Source: Camelus ferus
Taxonomy: Eukaryota
NCBI RefSeq assembly: GCF_009834535.1
Contig: NC_045696.1
Location: 35,900,001 to 35,964,000, forward strand
Reading direction: 5' to 3'
DNA: 64,000 nucleotides
The notes below the pieces were generated by a model. The model was not told the DNA's origin. It was given only the letters and a program-made list of their open reading frames with translations, and did not search any database. This document shows positions 39,313-51,701 of this stretch, piece by piece. Position numbers and translations under genes: made by a program. Numbering within the stretch: position 1 is the first letter of the stretch; the number at the start of each line of letters is the position of its first letter.

Positions 39313-40123
39313 TGTGTTCAAGGTTTAATTCAGTACAATTGGCAAGATGACCTTAATATTTCCCTTGGCTTGACTAAATTTTAAACAGATTTCTTCCTAA
39401 CTAGAGGCTCCTGACCTTCCTTTTTGTTAACAGCATTTACTTTAGGAAAAACTTGCAATTGTAAATTTTTTCTTTGCCCCTTTGAGATGTAAATTTTTTC
39501 CCAGACTCCTGTCAGTTTTACAAACCAACAAGATCTTTCTCAAGGACCTGAGAAACATCCCTTCAAAATGTAACTATCTAATCAAATGGAAAGGAAAGCA
39601 GCAAGAAAGGGCCCCTATGACCCAGTCTCTGAGGGAAGGTAGGAGCCTAACTTTTTCAGTAAAGGTCAGTTTGCAAGCACTAGCTCACCCCAGGGCTTAA
39701 AACTCCTCGTTGGTTAAAACTCTCCTCCCTGTCATTTCCATGAAGTTGAGTTCAATCTCCCTTGCCTAGCCTTGACCGCTACCTCAATAGTCTTTTTATT
39801 TTTTTAATTTTTGTTATTGAAGTGTAGTTGATTTATAGTGTTAGTTTCAGGTGTATAGCAAAGTGATTCAGTTATACATATATAAATATATTTTATTTCA
39901 GGTTATTTTCCATTATATGTTATTACAAGAAATTGAATATAGTTACCTATGCTATAAAGTAGATCCTTGTTGTTTATCTATTTTATACATAGTAAAGTAT
40001 CTGTTAATCCCCAACCCTTAATTTATCCTTCCTTGACCTTTCCCTTTTGGTAACTATGGCAAAAATCTTGAATAAATTTTTCCTTGTCTGTTTAACTCCA
40101 TCTGGTGCAATTTTTCTTTGACA
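39313..40123 (+). mobile_element. ERV1 solo LTR (MER34/MER39-like), interrupted by an L1 tail
   Basis: TG...TTTGACA termini; AAGGACCTG..CCCTTCAAAATGTAA..CCCAGTCTCTGAGGGAAGGTAGGAGCCTAACTT; AATAAA at 40071. Confidence 0.7.
39793..40058 (-). mobile_element. Artiodactyl-type L1 3' tail nested in the LTR
   Basis: T-rich tail then ATTGAAGTGTAGTTGATTTA..GTTAGTTTCAGGTGTATAGCAAAGTGATTCAGTTATACA; degenerate TSD CAATAGTCTT / CAAAAATCTT. Confidence 0.85.
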
Positions 40124-40840
40124 AAATGCAAGACTGACAAACAGATGATAAAACTACTTAGACTGAGAGTAAGTAAAAAAAGAAAAAAAATGTGCTGGTA
40201 GTTTTTCTTAATTAGAAAGAAGAGTGATTTACTCTAAAGATCAGACAGCAGAATTAAAACGAGCAGTTGTTAAATGTAAAACATTGAGCTCAGCAGTGGT
40301 GTGTTATCTGTCACTATCCTTCCTTAGGGTAAGAACTAATGTCTACCATATGGCATATAGATGGTAAAAATAAATATATCTGCATTGCAGAGTGAATAAA
40401 TAAAGGAATCAAAGGATCAAAATAAAGTGCCCCTCCAAAAATAATTCATATAGGCAATATTTTTCTAAGCATCTCTTTTTTCCTCTTATACTTGCTCTGC
40501 CTTTTGTCTTCTCAGTTTCCAAAACCAAACTGATTCTCTTGAACATTCTCTTAGCTTCTACAAATATTAAACAAGAGTAGATTTGAAGCCAGTAGTAATG
40601 GCAGGTTTGAAATTCAACTTATAGGGACATTCTTTTAGAAAAATTTCAAATACATGTTTTCATATAAAAATTTCCCATGTTTTAGTATGTATCCTTAAAC
40701 AAGACTTATTTTTAAATGTTATTTAACTCATCAGACAATTATGAGTAGAAATATATAATAAAATAATGAGATATTCTATCCCAAAAGAACTATATTGGAA
40801 GACAAATCTGTACCTGTAAGATAAGGCACAAGAATTCAAG

Positions 40841-41873
40841 AAAGAACTCAAACCCAAAATATACAAACAGCTCATACACCTTAATATTAAAGAAACAAGC
40901 AACCCAATCCAAAAATGAGCAGAAGACCTAAACAAGCAATTCCCCAATGAAGACATATAAATGGTCAATAGGCACATGAAAAAATGCTCAGCATTGTTAA
41001 TTGTCAGAGAAATGCAGTCAAAACTACAATGAGATATCTCCTCACACCAGCCAGAATGGCCGTCATTGAAAAGCCTCCAAATGATAGATGCTGGGGAGGG
41101 TGTGGAGAAAAGGGAACCTTCCCACACTGTTGGTAAGAGTGTAGATTGGTGCAGCCACTGTGGAGGATAGTATGGAGGTTCCTTAAAAAACTGAAAATAG
41201 ACTTACCATGTGATCAAGCAATCCCACTCCTGGGCATATATCTAGAAAAAAGTAAAAATCAAAAAGACACATGCACCTCAATGTTCATAGCAGCACAATT
41301 TACGACAGCCAAGACATGGAAGCAACCCAAATGTCCATCAACAAATGACTGGATAAAGAAGATGTGGTACATATATACAATGGAATGTTACTCAGCCATA
41401 AAAAAGAATAAAATAATGCCATTTGCAGCAATATGTATGGACTTGAAGATTGTCATTCTAAGTGAAGTGGGTGGAAAGAGAAAGAAAAATGCCATATGAC
41501 ATCATTTATATGAGGAATCTAAAAAATAATAACAACAATAATAATGACACAAATGAACTACTTATTATTTATAACTAAGATGATTGATTTCTTGAATATG
41601 TGTAAGCACATTTGACTGTCCTTTATGATTGGGTTACAGTACTCTGTTAATTCTTATTTTGTAGTTGGCTTTATTCCTTTGATAACCATGTAAGTTTAAA
41701 AAGCTAAAGCTCTAATCTATTCTTAGAAACAATAATCAGTACATATATGTAAGCTAAAAAAAAGTACCATATACTGTATATATATATTTATATGCAATAT
41801 AACATGTATGTGCAGTCAAACTGCAATAATTCTACCTAATAAAACTGAAAAAGGAAAAAAAAAGAACTCAAAC
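40841..41873 (+). mobile_element. 5'-truncated L1 (ORF2 C-terminus) plus ~300 bp non-L1 tail, bounded by a 13-bp TSD
   Basis: AAAGAACTCAAAC at 40841-40853 and 41861-41873. ORF 41146-41499 reads [30 protein letters not shown]1 similarity ends at ~41559; AATAAA at 41838 is followed by an A-rich run. Confidence 0.85.
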
Positions 41874-43565
41874 ATCATTTTCCTTAGAAAGGAACTGACT
41901 AACCTACATTTCTGTTTGAAATATTTTAATTTGTCTGAATTGCAGATGTGTGTTCTGAGCTAATTCACATATAATTTAACCAATAAACCAAGTCTGGACA
42001 GAATGACAAATCAGTAGAGGGATTATCTATAATTGCTTTCAAAATTTTGTAATGCCTCTGCATATTTCTCATATTAAGAATAATTTGCATTTGTTATTTA
42101 GTCAATAAAACATCAAACCTTAAATATAACTGTGAATATAAAAAAAAAACTTTAAATTCTATGTAGTAAAAAAGCAGTGTGTATCTGAATCCCACTATCT
42201 TCTTTTCTAAAAGGGAGATTTGAAGGAGTAACACCCTGAACATCACACTTGGTACATTGCATTCTACATGTTGTTTTATTTTTGCTTAGCCACCTACTAC
42301 AATGTTCATAATGTTTGAACTACACATATAAGTTAAAATATATATAAATCTTGAGTCTTCAAAAAATAGCTAAACACATGCACATTCACAGATTTTGCAG
42401 ATGTAAACAACTACAATACTCCACTAAAGACCCATTTAGAAAAAAACAGATTTATGTGTGTGGGTATTTTCTATACAATAACAATGCATACAAAATAAAA
42501 ATATAGCTATGTGAGATATCGTGGAATCCTAGATATGACTATATAATGATATTGGCAAAGTTTATATACAGTTTATGAAATAAACAAAGAAATGTTCAAA
42601 ATGATAAAACATAGACAAGGATTGTGTGGTTTGAATGGTGCTTTCAGGAAACAATCTTTTGAGGAGGCTCAAGCTTGTATATAGTTTCATCAAATAAAAT
42701 ATTGAACTAATTAGTGCCATGAAGCTCAGGCACAGAAAAAAATGTCTGCCATCTTGCCTAGAATGCACATCTATGGAAATCAGAGACTAGTATCTCTCAA
42801 CTTGATTTCCCTATTTTATTAATGTAACTCTAACTGCTTGAAAAATTATGCTTTAACCAATTTTTGTATTGCCATCACATTTTTTAAAATTTCTTCTTTC
42901 TGGTTGATTTCTATACCATATACAATAAATCAATAAGGCAGCAACAGGTAGATGAAAATATAATGGATGATAAGTTTCAGAACAAATAAAAGAAAGTAAA
43001 TCTTCAGATTCAGGAAGTCCAAAGAATCTCAATTAGGATAAATAAAAATAAATATACATCTAAATATACGAGAGTGAAATAGCTTATTACCAAAAATAAA
43101 AAGAAGATCTTGAAAGTAGCCAGAGAGAAAAACAAATGATTTGCAACAATGCAACGTAAGACTAGTTTGCCAACAACAATGAAAGACAAAAGAAGGTAAA
43201 ACTATATCTTGAATGTGCTGAAAAGAAGTAATTGTCCACCTAGAACATATTCTCGAGGAAATTGCCTTTCAGGAATAAGCATGACATAGACATATTTTCA
43301 GACAAAAATAAGAGAGTTACTAGCAATAAGCTCTCCACAAGCAAAATTTTAAAGGATATCCTTAAAACAGAAGGAAAATGATCAAGAGGAAAAGTCTAGA
43401 AGAAATAATAAGCAAAGAAACTGGTAAATGTATGGGCAAATTTAAGCAAATATTAAGTATATTTGATAATATCTAAATTATAGACTAGTATACACATTAG
43501 GAAGAAAGTCATTATGGTAGTATTTTTCCAAAGAGAAAGAGAACTGATTAATTTTAACAGTTAAT

Positions 43566-43722
43566 TGAACTTTATTTTATTTTTTTAACTTTTTTTATTG
43601 AGTTATAGTCATTTTATAATGTATCAAATTCCAGTGTAGAGTACAATTTTTCAGTTATACATGAACATACATATATTCATTGTCACATTTTTTGTTTGTT
43701 TGTTTTTGCTGTGAACTTTATT
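43566..43722 (-). mobile_element. Short young L1 3' tail with 11-bp TSD
   Basis: TGAACTTTATT at 43566-43576 and 43712-43722 flanks a sequence nearly identical to 17840-17955. Confidence 0.9.
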
Positions 43723-44965
43723 AAAATTAGTATGAACATTAGAATTTCTATTTCTTAAAATATTATAAATACCTTATAAATATGGTACTTACATACTATA
43801 TATATGTCCAACTAGTAGAGAAAAATATTGAAATAAGTAGACAGGAAATAACACAATTAATCCAAAAAGGCATAAATGAAGTACAAAGTAAAGTATAAAA
43901 TAAAATAGGCATGAATCAAATATTCCAGTAATTAAGTAAGATAAATATAAATGAGTTACATCTTCAGTAAAATACAGAATTTAAGACTGTAGTTGGTAAA
44001 TCAGAGATATATTCATTATCTGATACATGCCTACAAGATTAGGATACACAAAGCCTTTTTAAGATGTGGGAAAATATATACATCAAGTTGAAACTGAAAG
44101 AATGCTGGTATAATTATTTTAATATCATACCAGACTGTCTTTGCTAGAGGTAAGCCACTTCAGAAAATGGAGAATAAAATGGAACAAATAAAATAAAACC
44201 AACCTCACACCATAAAAATTCTTCATGGATTAAGGACTCATGTATAAAAACTAAATGCTTTAAACTTTTTAACCAATACAGAAATATACCTGTAAACTCT
44301 GGGGTAGAGAAAGATTTTCTACATAAAAAGTACAAAATATACAGGAAAGACATATGATGAATTTGAATATATTGAAACTATAAATTTCTGTTGAGAACAT
44401 GAAAAAATAATTCACAAAATAAGAAAATATGCACAATGCATAAAACTTACAAAGGAATAAGCATCCAGAATATATATTTTTAAACTCACAAATATCTATA
44501 AGAAAGAGACTTTGAAAAATCAAAAAAGAGCAGGCAAATGAATTTAATAGGTACTTTATGAAAAAGGAAAAAAATAATGCACAGCAACCACACCAAAAGG
44601 GAGTCAAATTCAATAGAAATAAAGGGAAAGCAAAATATCTGAGATAAGATTTTCCTTCCACCAGATTAGCAAAAATTAAAGTCTCTCAATATGAAATATT
44701 TGCAAGGATGAAAAAAATCAGAATGCATTCACTGTTGATAGTGCAGAACATTGGTACAACTGTTTTGAAAAACAAGTTGATAATATTGAATAAAGGAAAA
44801 GATCCATACAACTTTTGGCCTGAAAAAAATCACTAATAGGTATATACTATGAAGATGTTTTGCTCATGTACACCAGGAGAAACGTACCTAGGTACTCATG
44901 GCTTAGTTGTTTACAAAAAGATAAATATAATAATCACCCAAATATCCATTAACTGTGGAATAGAT

Positions 44966-44968
<3 letters not shown>

Positions 44969-45005
<37 letters not shown>
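44969..45005. repeat. (AC)18 microsatellite
   Basis: Perfect AC run. Confidence 0.98.
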
Positions 45006-45007
<2 letters not shown>

Positions 45008-45949
45008 CTCCAGATGTTTTGGAAAACAGGTAAAAACTAACTCTGTAACTAAGTTCATAAATATCAAATAATTCATAAGGAAGGAATGTGATTTTTCTAA
45101 TCAAGAGGTTTCAGATGTTAAGTTTTACAGTGATGACTTTGACCACGTAGATGATGGTCATGAAGCTCTGTCTCCTTATCAACTATGAACATATATTAAA
45201 GAATCCATATTTATCTTAAATGAACATAGCGAAGGTTTTCTTTAATAAAATTTCTTAAGATACAATACATAGAAAAAACTTCAAAATTAGCCATTTTATA
45301 TGTGTCTTTCAAGAGAGATTTTGGTATTGTAGCAACATGTAAACATTTCAGATTTATTAGGAAATATCTCACAATAGTTCACACATTTTCAGTTGTCAGT
45401 GACTATCTGCTTCCCACTTCTGCTTCCAGACTAGCTTCTTAGCTGCTAATTCATCCCCTTTGACAATAAAACTCAGATCTGTTAGGTTTATAATGCTGAA
45501 ATTATCAGTTTTCCTCATCAGGTTACTATTTAATTTTACACATTCTTGTCCACAACTGTCTTCCATGCATTTGTATGGAAATATGAAAGTATAAAGAATG
45601 TACATAGTGTTAATTAATAATGTATTAATAACTCAATTAGATAAAAGCTAACATTAACTATATAATGATGCTAAACACTAATTCTGTGGTTAGTTGTATT
45701 CTTTTAAGAGAATCATGATCTGTGCCTCAAAATTAGAACTCCACCTAATTACCTCCCCCCATCAAAAAAAAAAAAAAAAAAGAACTCCAGAAAGGAAGTG
45801 GCCTAATATGACATATGTTCTTAGTAAGTCTAGCCAACATGCTAACCAGGAATTAGAGAGGGACAAGAAAGACACAAAAAGAAAAAGAAAAACAAATACA
45901 CAATCAAAAGTGTCTGAGTTGATGGAACTCTGAACCTTTAATGGCAGTA

Positions 45950-47285
45950 AGTGTGAAAACTAGAGAACCGTGTGAAGTACAAAGTAGGATTGACAAGATT
46001 TGGAAAGTGATTGTATGTCAACTATGAGAGAAGAGAAAGCTGTCAAAGACCACCAAAAGTTTTCTAACTTCAGAATCTAGGTGAAAAGAAAATCTACAAT
46101 AAGCCAAAGGAAGAATATGTTTGGAGATAAGAAAAATTATGAATTTGGTTTTGCATACATTTGAAGTTAAGATGTCAAGGTATTATTCAAATCAAAATGT
46201 CTAGTATACAATTAGATATATGAAGTCAAAATGCAGTACAGAAATGATAGCTAGAGATAACAAATTTTAGTGGGTTGTGAAGCCTCAAGGTTAAATATGC
46301 TTGTGTGAGAAAATAAACATTGATGGGGGCTAATACAAGAGTATGCCAAAGATAGAGTCATGTAAAATTGCAAAATTTTAGAGGCTGGCTGAGGAAAATA
46401 GTATATAAAAATATAGTCAGAGAAAAAAGTTATGTCTAAAGCAAAAGAGGTAAACATCAGTAGGTGTGGCAAGTGGTCGAGTTAAAAGAGGTTGACCATA
46501 AATCATTAAGCATGAAAAAACCATGATATAATGAATAGTCAGAATTCACAAGAGAAAAAAAATTATGGCAAGGTAATACAGGCAACAATGGCTTAATTAA
46601 AATCTAGATCATGGCTTGACCTTTAACAGATAGGTAGAATATAGCCAGATTTTAAGGGGGGGGGCCATATTTGATGAGATAAACAATACCTGACAAAGAA
46701 CAGAAGTGGGTGTTGAGCATGGGTCTTGCAATACAGGGAATGTAACAGGCTTCCACTGAATGAAAGCAATAGGTAGGGATGGGCTAGATTAGAAGAAATA
46801 CCATGACTGGACAGAAAGAAAATTATATTAAGTATAACAGAAAGAAGAGACGAGAATGGAGACTTTTGTGTAGGGAAGCAATGTATAAAACTGTCATCCA
46901 ATCATAGATTTTGCCAGAAATAATGAATAAATCTAGCTGAATTAAAAAAGCAAACTAGGGGACTACTCTTGAAAACCAGGAATAAGTGGTAATGAATTTG
47001 ACGAGGGTGATAAGAGAAGAGAGAGAGAAAAATATTTTGAGACAAAAAGTAAAAGTCTGTTCTTCATATCCAAAAAATTAAATGAAAGAAATGAGTAGGT
47101 CAAAGATGACTCCAAGATTTAACCCTTAAGTGACTGGGAACTTAATGGAAAGACGATATCTGATAAGAAACACTAAGTCATGTTGGGAAATATGCTTGCT
47201 TCGGTATCATTTAAATTTCACTGTGATGGAATCCATCCAGACAATATGTTCATTAGGCAACTGGTGAAGGAACTGGAACTTGGGT
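45950..47285 (-). mobile_element. L2 remnants (antisense)
   Basis: Purine-rich; GGATTGACAAGATTTGG..GTCAAAGACCACC and GTCAAAGATGACTCCAAGATTT..GTGACTGGG. Confidence 0.55.
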
Positions 47286-47439
47286 AAATGAACTTGAATT
47301 ATGTTATTAGATATGTAAATACATGACAATTGGTGATACGTTGTTATAATTTATTCATAGCCATTTGATCATTTTATATATTTCAAACATTTCAAAAATA
47401 ATATCAGGTATGTACTGAACATGTGAAATACTCCAGGGA

Positions 47440-47620
47440 ACAGTTTCATCTCTTTACATGCCATTTAATCCTTACAACAGACCCTCAATCTAGGTATTAT
47501 TGCTATTAACCATATTGTAAACATGAAAACACTTAAGACACAGAGAAGTTGAGTAACTTGCCCAAGGTTACACAGCTACAGACAGTGGGATACTCTGAAT
47601 CCAGAGCTGAAACTGCAGCC
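47440..47620 (-). mobile_element. MIR SINE
   Basis: ATTTAATCCTTACAACA..CACAGAGAAGTTGAGTAACTTGCCCAAGGTTACACAGCTA. Confidence 0.8.
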
Positions 47621-49339
47621 AACACGCAGTACTTATTGCAGGTGTGAAGGGGAAATACATTCCAAACACTCACAGAATGAGAATTAGTTGATTCTGCTGA
47701 AACTGAAAGACTAAATTACTTCTTTAAAGGTTGTCCAAAAACACTTGTAAAATAATATGTGTCAAAGAATTAGCAGATAATACTAATCATAAGACTGATT
47801 TTTTTCTTCTTCCAAAACAGGAAACACTTCAGTTACTCAAAGTGCATATTCATTAAAGGAAGCATACCTTAAGCAATATAAATATGTAAATACTATCTAT
47901 GTGTATGTAGATTTAATTTTTATAAATTTTTGTAACTTCCAAAGCTTCATATGTTTTAAAAGACTAAAACAATGGTTTTAACTTTTGTACTGAGCTATAT
48001 GCAGAATTTCCATTTACTGATTTGAATTAGTTTTAAAGATTTTATAGATCACCTGGAAATTTTGAATATAATAATTTTCTCTTCATAAACAATGGCTATT
48101 ATGACAAGACAACACAGCTGACGATAAGGCTGCATAGTAATGATAGATACTTGAAACCAGAACAATGTGTTTTCTCAAGATGAACTTTTCAACATACTCC
48201 TGTAATTCTGAAAGAACTATGGGGCATGTGTTATAATTATGTGTTATAGAAAATGAATAGAAGATGTTCTTCAGAAACAAATATAAAGCAATATTAGAAC
48301 TCCCTCTTTGCTCTAATTTGCGACAACACTACCACATTTAATCCAAGATAAATTTTACTTTAAAACTTTCAGAGTCACATATAAACTAATATAAATACAC
48401 AAATACATTTACACACACAATAAAATATGGCATCAATACTTTTTTTTTAACAGGTAAAGTTAAACCATCAACATTTCCTTTATTTTTTTCTACTGTGTAA
48501 ACTAAAAACTCATTTCAAATATTTATATCCCATAGGCTACACATTAGCAAATTCTCAAAAGTGCAAGACAAATTGTGCTTAGTAATGAATTCCAACTAGG
48601 CAAATCATATATTTCCTAAGATATCTCCAATAAACTACAATTGAATACATAGTAAATGCACTTTAAAAATTAATTTCTTTCTTTCTTATATTAGCATGAA
48701 TCTGTCCATGGGACTTAGTAAAAACTATAGATCAAAGATTGGATTCAGTTAGGAAATTAAAATGAGTTTCTGAGCACTGATAAATTTAATATTTTAGAGT
48801 ACTTGGTAGAATTGGGCATGTTGCATACTGATATCACTTTATTACTTCCTAGAATTACTGTGTCCTGCTTATTCTTGAGTAGCAAAATATAGAATCTAAG
48901 AGGTTAAACACACACCTATATGAGACACTAAGCATCTTTACTGGATTTAATATTGACTAAATGCTGTTGGTCTTGCCCCCAAAACTTCTGACTATAATCT
49001 TAAATCCTATGGAAGTTTAAAAAAAAAGAAAGAAAGAAATCCACTGTTAGGCAATCAGAAATTCTTCTTACCCTGGCATCCCAGTGGAACTTCTAGATTA
49101 AAAATAATAGATTCATAAAAATTATTTCTGAAATAATTTGAGCTCATGTCAGTTTCTCTTGTCAAAGAAAAAAGTGTTTTCCTCCTTAACAGTGGTGTAG
49201 AAATGTTTAGGCCACTGTACATTTTCTTGGATTAAACAAGAGTATCACATACTGTTTAATTATTACTTTTTACCCAAAGCCTGATTGTTCAAGGTGAAAG
49301 ATACTCTCACCAGGAAACGAGTCACGAACTGCAAATCTT

Positions 49340-50335
49340 CTTTACCCATCTCATCAAAATTGTCACTTCATCCTGTCAAGTCCACTTCCTAAGTATGAAA
49401 ATCGATAAAATTTGTTTTTTCTCCTCTCCAATCTACATTCAGTCTATGTTCTATTCTCACTTTACTATATGGGTTTCTAAGAATCAGCTGATAAAGAACA
49501 CCATTTTATTTGATTTTAAATAAGTGTCTCTCCAAAGCACTTTCACCCTTTCACAATGACAGTGATCTCAGCAGTCCTACCTACTTGCCAAACAATTTCT
49601 TTATTCCCTGACAGATTTCTAGAAAAAGTGGTCCATTCCTACTGTTTCTACTTCCTCAGCCTACCCTTGTTTGAACTGTTTCTAGTCCCAACTCTACCCT
49701 ACTCAACTCACAAAATGCTCTGAAAAATAATCAGAGATTCTGCAAATTCTCCAAATGATGATCCACATTATTTCTTTCGTTTTCTTGTTTTATATAATGT
49801 TGGTCCTCCTAGCACCTTCACCATCCATTCTTCTTACTCAGCTTCCTCCTGTCCTCAGCAGTCTCTCCTTATCTTTCTGTTTTTCTCTATACACTTCTTT
49901 TGGTAGGTTTCTCAATCCCATGGCATCAGAAATCTACATTCTATACCTAGTGTTCAAATCTACATTTTACTTTCTTTCAGCATTCCCATCACCATTTCTA
50001 ATTACTTTCTTGCTGAATATTTCTGCTTGGATACCTTACTGTCCTAGAAAACCGAGCTTATGTTTAAATATTTAAATATCATTCTGTTAATCATCCATCC
50101 TTCCTCCATTTCACCTTCCTTAACTCTCTTGCTACCTGGACCATAAAGTCAAACCTCTTTAGCCTGTCAGTTTCAAGTAGCACCCCTATCCTTATTACAA
50201 GTACTCATCTTTTCAATAGTTATACTTCAGTATAACTTGGGCACTGACTGAGTGCCCCCAAGAAACCTTGCCATTTTCTTTCTCTTTTCTATGTACCATT
50301 TTAATTACTCACAATCTTTCCCAGTTCATGCTCTA
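49340..50335 (+). mobile_element. L2 remnants
   Basis: Pyrimidine-rich; ACTGTTTCTACTTCCTCA, CTAGTCCCAACTCTACCCTACTCAACT, CTCAATCCCATGGCATC, CTGAATATTTCTGCTTGGAT. Confidence 0.5.
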
Positions 50336-50340
50336 AAGCC

Positions 50341-50417
50341 CATGTATGACTGAAACATTATGCTGTGCACCAGAAATTGACACAACATTGTAAACTGACT
50401 ATACTTCAAGTTAAAAA
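50341..50417 (+). mobile_element. Short L1 3' tail (second camelid-type subfamily)
   Basis: CATGTATGACTGAAACATTATGCTGTGCACCAGAAATTGACACAACATTGTAAACTGACTATACTTCAA. Confidence 0.85.
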
Positions 50418-50609
50418 GAGCTCATCCATTCTCAAAGAACATCTTAAATCACTAAAATGGTATCTCTATTGTTCTATCAAACTCAGTTCATTTCTTCACA
50501 ATTCTTAATTACCAAATTTATATATGCTTATTTATGATTTTATATATATATAATCATATATAAACCAGAGAGACCAGTAGATTATAAGCTTCCCTTTATC
50601 ACAGTATAT

Positions 50610-51257
50610 GTCTGTTAAAATGTAAATCCCCACTGGCCTCTCACTTCCATGAATTTCTTATGATCAGAAGCATCCTAAAGTTATTCCTCCCATAAGTCAC
50701 AATCCTATGTAATACCCTCCCCTTGAGTGCGAGAAAAACCAACAACTTTCTTCTAACCAATAAAATATGGCAAAAGTAATGGAACCCCTCAGGTTATGCT
50801 ATATGGCAAAGACAATGAAATAGTTACTCCGTGATTATGGATAAGACTTCACTTTAGCAGACTGGAGAGAGAGACTCTCCTGATGGCCTTTAAAAGGAAG
50901 CCACCATGGTATTAAATAAAATCTGTCTTTGGGCAATATGCCAAGCAACTGTGGGGGACCTCTAGAATTTGACCTCTAGAAGCTAGATGACAGAAGTGAG
51001 AAAATGAAGACCTGAGTCTTACAACCACAGGAACCTAAATTCTACCAACTGCCATTTGATCCTGGAAGAAGACTCTGAGCTTCAGGAAATAACTCAATCT
51101 GGCTGACACCTTGAATTCAGCCTATGAAAGAAACCTTGAGCAAAGGACCTTGTTACCATGCCCAGACTTCTGACCTACAGGAACTATGAGACTATAAATA
51201 TGCTTTAATCCACTAAATGTGTGGTAACTTGTTACACAGCAATAGAAAATTAATACA
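50610..51257 (+). mobile_element. MaLR solo LTR (MLT1E-like)
   Basis: CCCTCCCCTTGAGTG..TTCTAACCAATAAAATATGGCAAA; terminus GTGGTAACTTGTTACACAGCAATAGAAAATTAATACA. Confidence 0.85.
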
Positions 51258-51701
51258 GGCCCTGATGCTTTCTTCCTGGACTATCTTTTCCAGAATGGTT
51301 GTTCCGTAAATAGCCTTGGAATATGAAGTTCCCCATAAACTTGAGGAAAGGACTGCTTACTGACTAGTATAATAAACGTCTCCTTCCAGACCAAAAGGCA
51401 GGTGGATTTGCTTACTGCCCATAACAAATGATTTGGGGTCCCCAAACCCAGGGCTCCTAAGCTGTGATGTAAACTTATTACCTGTGCAGCATTGATCTGG
51501 GCCCCTTCATGTCACCTCCGTGGGACTTGGAGAACAAGAGAAACTGACCCCAGAGTGAAATTTCTTCTTCTTGCTGTGCCATAATTATAAAGATTTTGAC
51601 CCAGACCAGGAGTCCCCTACCTATCATCCATGAAACTGTAGCAGGATGATTCATTAGTCTGCAAATAGGGTAACATCACAGAACATCCTCAGTTCTTGAC
51701 A
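51258..51701 (+). mobile_element. ERVL LTR (LTR40-like)
   Basis: Ends CCATGAAACTGTAGCAGG..CTGCAAATAGGGTAA..CAGTTCTTGACA. Confidence 0.65.

Larger units (their letters stand above)
42950..45060 (+). mobile_element. Old L1ME-like remnant (ORF1 C-terminal, EN start and ORF2 3' pieces)
   Basis: CAGATTCAGGAAGTCCAAAGAATC, ATCTTGAAAGTAGCCAGAGAGAAAA, ACCTCACACCATAAAAATT..ATGGATTAAGGAC, CCAGATTAGCAAAAATTAAA. Confidence 0.7.

Noticed and set aside
35240..40854. The L1 ending at 35240 and the L1 starting at 40854 are nearly collinear in ORF2, suggesting one element split by a 5.6-kb insert
   Set aside because: The second element has its own TSD pair (40841 and 41861), so it is best read as an independent 5'-truncated insertion.
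49311..49388. 78-nt minus-strand exon-like segment with an in-frame TGA (selenocysteine idea)
   Set aside because: The sequence resembles an L2 remnant, has stops in all frames, and has no SECIS evidence.
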